From an uncultured Bacilli bacterium (lineage in GTDB: Bacteria > Bacillota_I > Bacilli_A > RF39 > UBA660): a DNA stretch of 64,000 nucleotides. A model generated the notes under the pieces. The model saw only the letters and a list, made by a program, of their open reading frames with translations. It did not search any database and had not been told where the DNA came from. The position numbers and the translations under genes are program-made. Numbering within the stretch: position 1 is the stretch's first letter; every line of letters starts with the position of its first letter. The stretch lies in the NCBI GenBank assembly GCA_947625635.1, contig CANQPA010000001.1, forward strand, positions 3,199 through 67,198. Direction: 5' to 3'. Positions 38,401 to 48,227 of this stretch are shown here, in pieces.

Positions 38401-38527
38401 ATACAAAATTTTCACTATTTTTTCTATTTTCTATTGTTTTTTCAAGTAAATTTTCTTTTAAAAATTTTTCAGTCAAACTACCTTCCACTTCACTGTTTTT
38501 TCTTTTATCTAATTCTTCAAATTTCAT
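35426..38527 (-). CDS. ileS: isoleucine--tRNA ligase, type 2 (eukaryote-like IleRS2)
   Basis: 1033 aa. [51 protein letters not shown] has the IleRS2-type N-terminus. KMHKSKGN is the KMSKS loop, and CP1 editing and Zn-finger-like CxxC pairs are present. Confidence 0.95.
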   Translation of the reverse strand: [1033 protein letters not shown]

Positions 38528-38545
38528 ATTTACCTCCTATTTATT

Positions 38546-39229
38546 TTAATTATGATATCCTTTGATTGCTCTTTTTATTAATTTTTCTCTATGCTTATTT
38601 TTTTCTTCTAACTCTTTGTCCTCTTTTATTTTTGTTTCAAATTTAACAATATCATAATATTTTTCTATATCATCTATGTGACTATATATAAATTCATTTT
38701 TTATATTTTCTAATTCTCCTTTAGACATTTCTGTTCTAATATTTTTTGCTATTTTATAAGATATTACAAAATCTATAAATTCTTTTAAGTAAGGAAATTT
38801 ATTAAGTTTTACTTTTCTGGTTAAATCATTAGAATCATTTAAATAATAAAATAATACATTATCATCAGAAATCATATCCCAATTTAAAACTATCAAATTC
38901 CCTTCTTTAACTAATATATTAAGTTTTGAAATATTGTTTTCACGGTTAATTTTAACTTTATTATTTATTAATACCCTAGCAAAACTTTCTTTAGATTTAT
39001 CATATTCATTGTATACTAAAGCTCTATGATGAAAATTTTCACCTTCATAAATTCTTATAAGGTAAATTAACATATCACCTATTATAGGATCGAAAACTGA
39101 TGCATCTACTATCTGATTTTTAAGATTTTCTAATTTTTCTTTTTGATTTTCAATTCTTTCATCAGTTTTATTTATTTTAGCATTATAGCTTGATTCTATC
39201 AATTTTTTAGTAGATTTTAGTTCTTTCAA
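38546..39229 (-). CDS. hypothetical protein between the Ile T-box and ileS (start unresolved)
   Basis: The frame is open from 39340 (264 codons) in stop-rich AT-rich DNA, so it is very likely coding. The first canonical start is a TTG at 39229 without an SD. The stop lies 18 nt before the ileS ATG. Confidence 0.55.
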   Translation of the reverse strand: MKELKSTKKLIESSYNAKINKTDERIENQKEKLENLKNQIVDASVFDPIIGDMLIYLIRIYEGENFHHRALVYNEYDKSKESFARVLINNKVKINRENNISKLNILVKEGNLIVLNWDMISDDNVLFYYLNDSNDLTRKVKLNKFPYLKEFIDFVISYKIAKNIRTEMSKGELENIKNEFIYSHIDDIEKYYDIVKFETKIKEDKELEEKNKHREKLIKRAIKGYHN

Positions 39230-39383
39230 TTTTGACGATTTTAAACTATCCCTATAAACAACTAGTTCTTTTCTCTTATTAACTAAATTTTTAAGTTTTC
39301 TATTAAAATCTATACTATTATAATCCGTATCAAATTCCCCCTAACTATAATTATATATATATGTTTAATAATTGCATAATAAC

Positions 39384-39583
39384 AAAAAAAACTCAAATCC
39401 CTAAGGACGAGTTTTACCCGCGGTACCACCTTATTTTATTAAAAATACACTCAATACTATAACGCGTTACCGAAAATATTTTCATATCCACATCTAGAGT
39501 GATCTATATATAACTTCGGCATTCGTTTCCATCAACCACGAACTTTCTATAGCCTAATTTACATACCGTCTCTATCATTTGTT
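39384..39583 (-). promoter_or_regulatory. T-box leader, Ile specifier (AUC)
   Basis: Minus strand has the stem I AGAGA box (AUGAUAGAGACGG) and a distal GGUUGAUGGAAAC loop. The specifier context is AUAGAUCACUCUAGA (AUC + A). T-box AAGGUGGUACCGCGGG is followed by terminator AAACUCGUCCUUAGGGAUUUGAGUUU + U8. Confidence 0.8.
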
Positions 39584-40072
39584 TTAAAAATCTACTTTTT
39601 CAATGTCATCAACCATATCAAGTTGAGCTTGTATTAAACCTCTGAGTTTACGTTTAAAAATATTTATATTTCTCTTAAGCATTTCTGCTTCCATTTCTGT
39701 TTTCTCTGCTTTAAGTAAAGATTCGTTTACAATACGGCTGGCATTTCGTTTAGCATCTTCTAAAATTATTTCACTTTCCCTATGGGCTGTTGATTTAATT
39801 TGATCAGAAGTTTTCTGGGCCATCATAATAGCTCTATTTAAAGTTCCTTCCATACGTTCATAATGAGCAAGTTTCTCATGCACATTACGTGTATTAGCTA
39901 AAGCTTTTTCCAACTCTTCTATCCTTTTATCCTTTAGAATAATCTCCTTATTTTTATTCTTATTATCTTCAATCATTCTTTCAACCTGTTTGATAATTTG
40001 ATCTAAAAATCTATCGACCTCTTCGGGACTATAATTTTTAAAAGTCCTATTATTATCCATATTCATAAACAT
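39584..40072 (-). CDS. divIVA: cell-division protein DivIVA
   Basis: FKNYSPEEVDRFLDQIIKQVE N-terminal domain plus coiled coil. Conserved sepF-divIVA-ileS synteny. Confidence 0.8.
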   Translation of the reverse strand: MFMNMDNNRTFKNYSPEEVDRFLDQIIKQVERMIEDNKNKNKEIILKDKRIEELEKALANTRNVHEKLAHYERMEGTLNRAIMMAQKTSDQIKSTAHRESEIILEDAKRNASRIVNESLLKAEKTEMEAEMLKRNINIFKRKLRGLIQAQLDMVDDIEKVDF

Positions 40073-40132
40073 CCGTTCCTCAAAAGTTGTGCTTTATATT
40101 CTAGCACAATTAAATTCATTTTTCAAGTATTT

Positions 40133-40531
40133 TTACCACTCATAATTTATATTATCGTCATCTTTTTCTTTATCTTTTTCTGAATCATCAGTTATTTTAC
40201 CTTGAACATTGATATTATTAGGTGTACAAAGAAAAATACCACTACCTATTTTTTGAATATTACCTTTTATAGCATATATTGTTCCACTCAAAAAATCCAT
40301 GATACGTTTAGCTTGATCACTCGTTACTCTTTTTAGATTTACTACAACAGTGTTTCTTTTTTTCAAATGGTCTGCTATTTGCTGAGCCTCAGAATATGCC
40401 CTTGGTTCCAAAAGTATCATTTTTGCACCACCATCTTCTGTTACAGCATCTTCTGCTTTGATATCATAGTATTCGTTACCATTTACTTGTGATTCTTCCT
40501 TATCATTAAATAAACCTTTAATAAAACCCAT
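40133..40531 (-). CDS. sepF: cell-division protein SepF
   Basis: Start at the ATG at 40531 (GGAGGAATAAAC SD). [69 protein letters not shown] is the SepF core. Confidence 0.85.
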   Translation of the reverse strand: MGFIKGLFNDKEESQVNGNEYYDIKAEDAVTEDGGAKMILLEPRAYSEAQQIADHLKKRNTVVVNLKRVTSDQAKRIMDFLSGTIYAIKGNIQKIGSGIFLCTPNNINVQGKITDDSEKDKEKDDDNINYEW

Positions 40532-40656
40532 GTTTATTCCTCCAATTCTAACGTCTACTATAATCATTTTAACACATAATTTATAAAAATGAAATATATT
40601 TTATCTATTTTTTTTGACAAAGTATGTAATAAAAAAGACAATTTATAATATTACAT

Positions 40657-42954
40657 TCATAAATTATCTCTTTTTACCAAATATTCATATATTTCAATAT
40701 ATTTTTTTACAGGAATAATTTTTATTTTTTGCATTATTTCTTTTGGTATTTCATCTATATCCATTAGATTGGAATATGGTATAAATATTGTATCTATTCC
40801 ATTAATATAAGCACCTAATATTTTTTCTTTTAATCCTCCTATTTTGACAACATTTCCTCTAAGAGTTATTTCACCAGTCATTGCTATTTTATTACTAATT
40901 TTCAAATTTGAAATAGCGCTTATAATACTTGTTACAATTGCAACTCCAGCAGAAGGGCCATCTTTTTTAGTTGATATATCAGGAATATTAATATGTATAT
41001 CATTTTTAAATATATTATAATCTATATTAAAGTATTTATAACTTGCTTTAATATAACTTAATGCTATTTTAGAACTTTCAATCATATCACTACCCATTGA
41101 TCCTGTTAAAATTAAATCACCATTACCTTCATAATAATTTACTTCTATTTTCAAAACCTCTCCGCCATAACTAGTACAGGCTAAAGCATTAACTATTCCT
41201 ATTTCGTCACATATTATATCGTTTCCATATATTTTTTTACCCAAATACGTATCTAAACTTTTTACTGTCAATAACATTTTCTTTTCATTCAAAATTTTAT
41301 TTGTTATTATTTTTCTAACTATTTTGGAAATCATTCTTTCTAACTCTCTAATTCCAGATTCCCTTGTATAAAAGTTTATTATATCTAATATTTCTCCATC
41401 ACTTATTTTTATTTTATTTATTTTATGATTATCACATATTGTAGGAATTAAATAATTTTTAGCAATTTCTAATTTTTCTAATTGAGTATACCCCTCTATT
41501 TTAATAATTTCTAATCTATCTTTCAACTCAGTCGGTATCAAATTAATATCATTGGCAGTAGCAATAAATAATACTCTAGATAAATCATATTCCTCTTCCA
41601 AATAATTATCTTTAAAGTACTTATTTTGATTATTATCTAAAACTTCCAATAAAGCACTTGCAGGATCTCCTTTATAATTACTTCCCATCTTGTCTATTTC
41701 ATCTATCAAAAATACCGGATTTGAACTTTTAGCCCTTTTTATCCCATCTATAATTTTTCCAGGAAGAGCCCCTATATAAGTTCTAATATGACCTTTAATA
41801 ATAGATTCATCGTCAACACCACCCATAGAAATTTTAACAAAATTCCTACCTATGCTTTCTGCGATTGATTTAGCAAGTGTGGTTTTCCCAACTCCTGGTG
41901 GTCCGACTAAACATATTATAGGAGCATTTAGGTCACTAGATTGTTTTTTTACGGCTAAATATTCTACTATTCTTTGCTTTACTTGATATAATCCAAAATG
42001 ATCCTTATCGAGATTAGAAGAAATTAATTTCAAGTCCTCTATATCAGTAGTGTATGTATTCCAAGGTAGAGATAACATCAAATCAATATAATTTCTAATA
42101 ATTCCCTTCTCAGGTGATAAGCTTGACATGTTTTCATATCTATCTATTTCATATGAAATTTTAGTTTTTATTGCTTCATTTGAATTCAAATTTTTTACTT
42201 TATTTCTTAATTCAATTATTTCATTTTCTTCAGTTGAAATATCACCAAGCTCATCTTTTAGTAATTTTATTTTTTCTTTTATATAAGCATTTTTTTGCTC
42301 TTCATCTAACTCCTTTTTTAATTTATCCTCAATACTATTTTCTATGTTAAATAATCGCTCTTCTTTATATATATCTTCTAAAATCATTTTAACTCTATTC
42401 GTTGAGTTTTCTTCCATCAAATAATCTAACAATCTTTTATTATCCACTGATATATTATTTATTATAATATCTGTAATTTTGCTCAAATTATCAGTATCAG
42501 AAATTAAAGAAAATAAACTATCACTAATGTATGGGACTTTATTTACATAATTATTTAACTCAGACGTTAGTTTTCTTATAAAAGCATTGTTTGTATATTC
42601 GTCTAATTTAACATCAGGAATAACAGCTACTATTGATTCAATTGAGTCCTTACTAGGATTAAGATACGATAAAACATTAGCCCTTTTTAATCCCTTTAAT
42701 GCAACACGTACCTTACCATTAGGTAATAACAATTTTTTAGATATTTCAGTAATTGTTCCTATTTTTGGTAAATCGCTTATTATAATATTTTCATCTATTG
42801 ACATTTTTGTAACTATGAGTATCTTATTACCATGAAAAAGTTCAGCTTCATCCAATATATTTTTACTTATTTCATCAGCAAACTCAAGCTTAATTTGTGC
42901 TTCTGGTAAAAGGACTGTGCCATTTAATATTATAACTGGTAAATTAAATTTCAT
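40657..42954 (-). CDS. lon: ATP-dependent Lon protease (LonA type)
   Basis: LON N-domain, AAA+ (LVGPPGVGKTTLAKSIA, FLIDEIDK), protease domain (KDGPSAGVAIVTSIIS). Start at the ATG at 42954 after an AGGAGGTG SD. Confidence 0.95.
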   Translation of the reverse strand: MKFNLPVIILNGTVLLPEAQIKLEFADEISKNILDEAELFHGNKILIVTKMSIDENIIISDLPKIGTITEISKKLLLPNGKVRVALKGLKRANVLSYLNPSKDSIESIVAVIPDVKLDEYTNNAFIRKLTSELNNYVNKVPYISDSLFSLISDTDNLSKITDIIINNISVDNKRLLDYLMEENSTNRVKMILEDIYKEERLFNIENSIEDKLKKELDEEQKNAYIKEKIKLLKDELGDISTEENEIIELRNKVKNLNSNEAIKTKISYEIDRYENMSSLSPEKGIIRNYIDLMLSLPWNTYTTDIEDLKLISSNLDKDHFGLYQVKQRIVEYLAVKKQSSDLNAPIICLVGPPGVGKTTLAKSIAESIGRNFVKISMGGVDDESIIKGHIRTYIGALPGKIIDGIKRAKSSNPVFLIDEIDKMGSNYKGDPASALLEVLDNNQNKYFKDNYLEEEYDLSRVLFIATANDINLIPTELKDRLEIIKIEGYTQLEKLEIAKNYLIPTICDNHKINKIKISDGEILDIINFYTRESGIRELERMISKIVRKIITNKILNEKKMLLTVKSLDTYLGKKIYGNDIICDEIGIVNALACTSYGGEVLKIEVNYYEGNGDLILTGSMGSDMIESSKIALSYIKASYKYFNIDYNIFKNDIHINIPDISTKKDGPSAGVAIVTSIISAISNLKISNKIAMTGEITLRGNVVKIGGLKEKILGAYINGIDTIFIPYSNLMDIDEIPKEIMQKIKIIPVKKYIEIYEYLVKRDNL

Positions 42955-42979
42955 GTTGGCACCTCCTAAATTGATTTTT

Positions 42980-43008
42980 ATTATAGATAATTGAAATACA
43001 AAAGTCAA
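42980..43008 (-). promoter_or_regulatory. sigma-A promoter of lon
   Basis: TTGACT (43008-43003), 17 nt, TATAAT (42985-42980). Confidence 0.5.
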
Positions 43009-43075
43009 TAAAATTTTAGTTTTTCTGAATAAGTTTTTTAAGATTTCATATATTTAACTAGAAAGTAGGTAAATT

Positions 43076-44551
43076 ATGGAAAAAACAGAAATCATTAAAA
43101 GTATTACTGAACGTACAGGTGGAGATCTATACTTAGGTGTAGTCGGAGCAGTACGTACTGGTAAATCAACTTTTATAAAAAAATTTATTGAAAATTTAGT
43201 TGTGCCTAATATAGAGGATGAATACGAAAAAAAAAGATGTTTAGACGAAATTCCACAATCTGCACAAGGTAAAATGATTATGACCACAGAGCCTAAATTT
43301 GTACCAAGTAATGCAGCAAATATAGCTATAGATAATTTTAGTTGTAATGTAAGATTAGTTGATTGTGTTGGATATGTTATTGATGGGGCAAAAGGATATG
43401 AGGATGAAAATGGGCCAAGAATGGTAAAAACGCCTTGGTATGATGAAGAAATTCCATTTATAGAAGCTGCTGAAATTGGTACTGAAAAAGTTATTAGAGA
43501 TCATTCTAGTATTGGTATTGTAATTACTACTGATGGCTCTTTTGGGGAAATATCGAGAAGTAATTATGTGGATGCAGAAGAACGTGTAGTAAATGAACTT
43601 AAAGAAATTGGAAAACCATTTATAGTTGTTTTAAATTCTGCTCACCCTACACTTCCAGAAACGGAAAGAATGGCAGAAAAATTATCTAGTGATTACAAAG
43701 TCCCCGTATTGCCATTATCTGTTGAAACATTGAATGAAAAAGATGTTTATAGTGTACTTAGAGAATCATTATATGAATTCCCTGTTACTGAAGTTAAAGT
43801 CAACATGCCAGATTGGATAGCCTGCTTAAACCCAAACAATTCTTTAAAAGCCGAATATATCGAAAAAATAAAAGAAAGTGTTATTGAAGTTGACAAATTA
43901 AGAGACATTAATAATATTACCTCACACTTTGAAAACTGCGAACATATAAATAAGGCATATATATCCAACGTTGACACATCTACTGGCATCGTAACAATAA
44001 ACTTAGAAGCACCTAGTTATTTATATGATGAAGTTCTAAAAGAAACTATGGGTATAAGTGTTAAAAGTAAAGCTGACTTGCTTATGCTATTTCAAGATTA
44101 TAATGAGGCTAAAACAGAATATGATCAAATTAAATCAGCCCTTCAAATGGTCAGGACAACTGGGTATGGAGTTGCTAATCCTACACTTAATGATATGAAA
44201 CTTGAAACACCAGAAATTATTAAACAAGGTTCTCGCTATGGAATTAAACTTAAGGCAGTTGCCCCATCAATTCATATGTTCCGTGTCGATGTAGAATCTA
44301 CTTTTGAACCTATTATAGGCTCTGAACTTCAAAGTAAACAATTAATAGATTACCTTATGAAAGATAAAGATACTGATCCTACAGCTATATGGAAAAGTGA
44401 AATATTTGGAAGAAGTATAGATAATATAGTCAAAGAAGGTATTCAAGCAAAACTATCTTTAACCCCTGAAAATGCTAGATACAAACTAGGTCAAACATTA
44501 ACTAAACTTGTTAATAAAGGATCTGGCAATTTATTTGCCATTGTAATATAA
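43076..44551 (+). CDS. spoIVA: stage IV sporulation protein A (spore coat morphogenetic ATPase)
   Basis: ITERTGGDLYLGVVGAVRTGKSTFIKKF Walker A N-terminus and full-length colinearity with SpoIVA as remembered. Confidence 0.95.
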   Translation: MEKTEIIKSITERTGGDLYLGVVGAVRTGKSTFIKKFIENLVVPNIEDEYEKKRCLDEIPQSAQGKMIMTTEPKFVPSNAANIAIDNFSCNVRLVDCVGYVIDGAKGYEDENGPRMVKTPWYDEEIPFIEAAEIGTEKVIRDHSSIGIVITTDGSFGEISRSNYVDAEERVVNELKEIGKPFIVVLNSAHPTLPETERMAEKLSSDYKVPVLPLSVETLNEKDVYSVLRESLYEFPVTEVKVNMPDWIACLNPNNSLKAEYIEKIKESVIEVDKLRDINNITSHFENCEHINKAYISNVDTSTGIVTINLEAPSYLYDEVLKETMGISVKSKADLLMLFQDYNEAKTEYDQIKSALQMVRTTGYGVANPTLNDMKLETPEIIKQGSRYGIKLKAVAPSIHMFRVDVESTFEPIIGSELQSKQLIDYLMKDKDTDPTAIWKSEIFGRSIDNIVKEGIQAKLSLTPENARYKLGQTLTKLVNKGSGNLFAIVI

Positions 44552-44576
44552 AAACTGATAAATTATCAGTTTTTTC
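44551..44576 (+). terminator. intrinsic terminator after spoIVA
   Basis: AAAACTGATAA-AT-TTATCAGTTTT hairpin running into a T-run. Confidence 0.7.
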
Positions 44577-44712
44577 TATCATTTCCAGTCTAAATTCGAA
44601 TTTTTTACTCTTATGCTTGAAGGTTACAAGGTAAATCAAAAAATAAAATGGAGTATCAATCTCTAATTAAATCCTTATTAAATATATTAATATTAGAAGT
44701 AATTAATATTTT

Positions 44713-45153
44713 TTATTTATTAAAGATAAGTTTACTATTTTCTATCAAATTCATCATTTCTAAATTGGTTAGTTTATCTTTTATTTTTAAATAAATGTCG
44801 TTATCTATAATGCATACTTTAATCTTATTTAATATATCAAACGGTATGTCTTCTACTTGGTACATAAATTCTGTATCAACAGTAACTATTCTCATGTCTA
44901 CCTGATTTTTAAAATAATCATAGTAGTCTAAATCTTCCTTTTCAAGGTGGAACACTACTCCGTAATATTTATCAATATATACAGTTATATCATAAAAACC
45001 TTCAACGATTATATCATACTTGTTTTTAAGCGTTTTAAATAACTTCTTTAAATATTGTTCTAAATCATCTTTATTATTAAAGTCTATATTATTAATTAAT
45101 TCTTTTTTCAAATATATATCAAAAATAAGATTATCAGTAAATTTGATACTCAT
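44713..45153 (-). CDS. hypothetical cytoplasmic protein (146 aa)
   Basis: Good SD (AGGTGAGAAG). No family recognised; a faint MecA-adaptor-like flavour is not supportable. Confidence 0.45.
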   Translation of the reverse strand: MSIKFTDNLIFDIYLKKELINNIDFNNKDDLEQYLKKLFKTLKNKYDIIVEGFYDITVYIDKYYGVVFHLEKEDLDYYDYFKNQVDMRIVTVDTEFMYQVEDIPFDILNKIKVCIIDNDIYLKIKDKLTNLEMMNLIENSKLIFNK

Positions 45154-45186
45154 CTTCTCACCTACTTTATAATATGAAAAAAAGAA

Positions 45187-45768
45187 CTACATTGTTCTTT
45201 CTATCTTATCATATATCTCTTTTTTGCCTAATTTAGTAATATTAGAAAACATAACGAAATCATCTCCCACTACTAAATCTAATTCCTCGAGTATCATATT
45301 TCTCTGTTTTTGTTGCAATGTTATACCTATTTTATCAGTTTTAGTTGCAACAATTGTAACTGGTATTTTATAATATTTTAAGTAATTATACATCATAATA
45401 TCATCGTTAGTTGGTTTATGTCTAAAATCTATTAACATAAAAACTTGTTTTAAATTTGGCCTATTTTGCAAATAGTCTTCCATCATTAACCCAAATTTCT
45501 TTTGCTTTTTCTTACTTAACATAGCAAATCCATACCCAGGAGCATCTACTAAATAAAATTTATCATTTACATGGTAAAAATTTATTGTTTGTGTCTTACC
45601 TGGAGTAGCTGATGTTCTAGCAAAATTTTTCCTATTTATTAAAGTATTTATAAAACTACTTTTACCAACATTACTTTTGCCAACAAGTAAATATTCAGAT
45701 TCTCCATCAGTTGGATATTGACTACGTCTTACCGCACTAATTTTTAAATCCACACTTGTAATTTTCAA
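45187..45768 (-). CDS. engB: ribosome-biogenesis GTPase EngB/YsxC
   Basis: G1 GKSNVGKSS, G3 DAPGYG, G4 TKTDK. lon-ysxC synteny as in Bacillus. Confidence 0.9.
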   Translation of the reverse strand: MKITSVDLKISAVRRSQYPTDGESEYLLVGKSNVGKSSFINTLINRKNFARTSATPGKTQTINFYHVNDKFYLVDAPGYGFAMLSKKKQKKFGLMMEDYLQNRPNLKQVFMLIDFRHKPTNDDIMMYNYLKYYKIPVTIVATKTDKIGITLQQKQRNMILEELDLVVGDDFVMFSNITKLGKKEIYDKIERTM

Positions 45769-45943
45769 ATTACTTCACTTCCTTTAAAAGATGAACTAAT
45801 TATAACATTTTATGATTTATTTGTCAAAAGTGTTAATATTTTAGATTTTCTAAACATAATTCCTATTTACTTGTTAATACATAATTTAAATATAATATTT
45901 ATTTTTAAATTTATAATTTTGTAAATATCAGAATCAAATACAA

Positions 45944-46465
45944 CTAAAACAAAGAACTGCTTTTTTTATATTTATTTATTATACAAACAAATAGAAATAC
46001 ATAATAAACAATATATATGATGTTTCCAAATTTAATCATAGGAAATATATTACCAATTACAATTATATCTATATTATTCAAATAATAAGTCATAAATAAA
46101 GAAAATAATATATTTATTAGTGACATTCCATAAAATACATTATTTATTACAGTTTTATTAAATTTAAAATTAATTATACTTACTATAAACAAATAAATAA
46201 CTGAATTAAAAAAGTAAAAGTATATATTGTTTATAGGATTTTCAAATTTAAAACTAAGTATATGTTTTAAATAATAATAAAGGATTAAAAATATTAAAAT
46301 AACATTCAAAATACCTACTAAATATTTTACTATTTTACTTTTCTTATTTAGTGTAATAATTATTATAAAAATAATAGAACCTATCACAATTGATATAAAT
46401 ATATTATACTTAAATGAATTTAATAATAATTTTAATGTATCTATTGTATTATAATTCAAACTCAT
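45944..46465 (-). CDS. polytopic membrane protein, unknown function
   Basis: 173 aa with about 5 TM helices. Overlaps the gpmI stop by 4 nt. Confidence 0.45.
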   Translation of the reverse strand: MSLNYNTIDTLKLLLNSFKYNIFISIVIGSIIFIIIITLNKKSKIVKYLVGILNVILIFLILYYYLKHILSFKFENPINNIYFYFFNSVIYLFIVSIINFKFNKTVINNVFYGMSLINILFSLFMTYYLNNIDIIVIGNIFPMIKFGNIIYIVYYVFLFVCIINKYKKSSSLF

Positions 46466-47958
46466 CTAACTAAACTATTCCCTGTCATTTCTTTAGGAAT
46501 TTCTATACCCATTATATCTAGTATTGTAGGAGCGATATCTGCAAGTTTTCCATTTCTTAATTTATAATTTGAATCCGTAATAATAAGTGGCACTTTACTT
46601 GTTGAATGACTAGTAATAACATTATTTTCATCATCCAGCATATAATCACTGTTACCATGATCTGCAGTTATAACCATTGTATAACCTAATTCCATAGCTT
46701 TATTATATAATTTACCTATACACTCACTTACTACACTAACCGCTTTAACAGTAGCATCAAACACTCCAGTATGTCCTACCATATCACCATTTGCATAATT
46801 TAAAACTATAAAATCATACTCATCCATCACATCAAGTAATTTATCTGTTATTTCGTACGCACTCATTTCCGGTTTTAAATCATAAGTTGCAACTTTAGGT
46901 GATGGTATTAGAATTCTATTTTCTAGAGGTAGGTCTTTTTCTAACCCACCATCGAAAAAATATGTTACGTGTGCATATTTTTCTGTTTCTGCTATTCTAA
47001 GTTGTTTTAATCCCTTCCTTGATAAATATTCACCTAAAGTATTGTCAAGGATTTGATTCTTATAAGCATTTTTACACTTAACTTCTTCGCTTACAGGCAT
47101 CATAGTAACAAGTTTTATATTTCTAAATCTTTTACGTGGAAATTCATTAAATTTACCATTAGTTATAGCTTTAAATAATTCTCTCAATCTATCAGGTCTA
47201 AAGTTAAATACTAAAAGTCCATCATTACTACTAATAATTCCATTTTTATCTATAAGCATAGGTTTAATAAACTCATCTGTTATATCTTTATTGTAGCTTT
47301 TATTCATATATTCTTCTATATCAGGAGTAGTTCTACCTAGTCCATTTACTATAACATCATATGCTTTTCTTACTCTATTCCAATTATTATCTCTATCCAT
47401 AGCATAATATCTACCACTTACACTGGCTATTTTACCAAATCCAAGTTCATTTAATCTGCTTTGTAATAATTTAATAAAATTAATTCCTGATGTAGGGAGC
47501 GTATCTCTTCCATCTGTAAATACGTGTATATAGACATTTGTAACACCTTTTTCTTTACACATATCAAGTATTCCAAACAAATGATTTATGTGCGAGTGTA
47601 TTCCTCCATCAGAAAGTAAACCCAAAAGATGTAATTTAGAATTATTCATTTTTACATGATTTAATACTTCATTTATATTTTCATTGTCATATATTTTTCT
47701 ACTTTTAATTTCTTTAGATATAAATTCAAGTGGTTGATACACTATTCTTCCTGCACCTATATTAGTATGTCCTACTTCGCTATTTCCCATTTGACCTTTA
47801 GGTAACCCTACTTCTTCTCCACTAGCTTCAAGCAAACTATGTGGATAATACTTAAGCATATTATCAAGTATACAAGTATTTGCAGCTCTAACTGCATTAC
47901 CGTGATCTTCTTTTCTTATACCTATTCCATCCATTATACATAGTAATACTTTCTTCAT
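46462..47958 (-). CDS. gpmI: 2,3-bisphosphoglycerate-independent phosphoglycerate mutase
   Basis: LCIMDGIG, MGNSEVGHTNIGAGR, HVFTDGRDT, ITADHGN motifs. Confidence 0.95.
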   Translation of the reverse strand: MKKVLLCIMDGIGIRKEDHGNAVRAANTCILDNMLKYYPHSLLEASGEEVGLPKGQMGNSEVGHTNIGAGRIVYQPLEFISKEIKSRKIYDNENINEVLNHVKMNNSKLHLLGLLSDGGIHSHINHLFGILDMCKEKGVTNVYIHVFTDGRDTLPTSGINFIKLLQSRLNELGFGKIASVSGRYYAMDRDNNWNRVRKAYDVIVNGLGRTTPDIEEYMNKSYNKDITDEFIKPMLIDKNGIISSNDGLLVFNFRPDRLRELFKAITNGKFNEFPRKRFRNIKLVTMMPVSEEVKCKNAYKNQILDNTLGEYLSRKGLKQLRIAETEKYAHVTYFFDGGLEKDLPLENRILIPSPKVATYDLKPEMSAYEITDKLLDVMDEYDFIVLNYANGDMVGHTGVFDATVKAVSVVSECIGKLYNKAMELGYTMVITADHGNSDYMLDDENNVITSHSTSKVPLIITDSNYKLRNGKLADIAPTILDIMGIEIPKEMTGNSLVR

Positions 47959-48227
47959 TTTATCACCTATTAGATTATATCATAAATGATGAATGGTTTC
48001 AATTATGTATAAAAAAAATTATAAGTGGTAGTCAATAAATTTTGATAAACAATTGTTATAAATTTATTATTTTCACTATTATTAAATTCAGTTTTGAATA
48101 TTGATGCTTAATAAAGTACAATGATTTATAAAATTAATACGGTACAATTAAATTAGATAATGCATTTACCAAAAATATAATAATTTATATAAATTTTTAA
48201 AATTTTATTTTGAATTCTCTTCAAATA

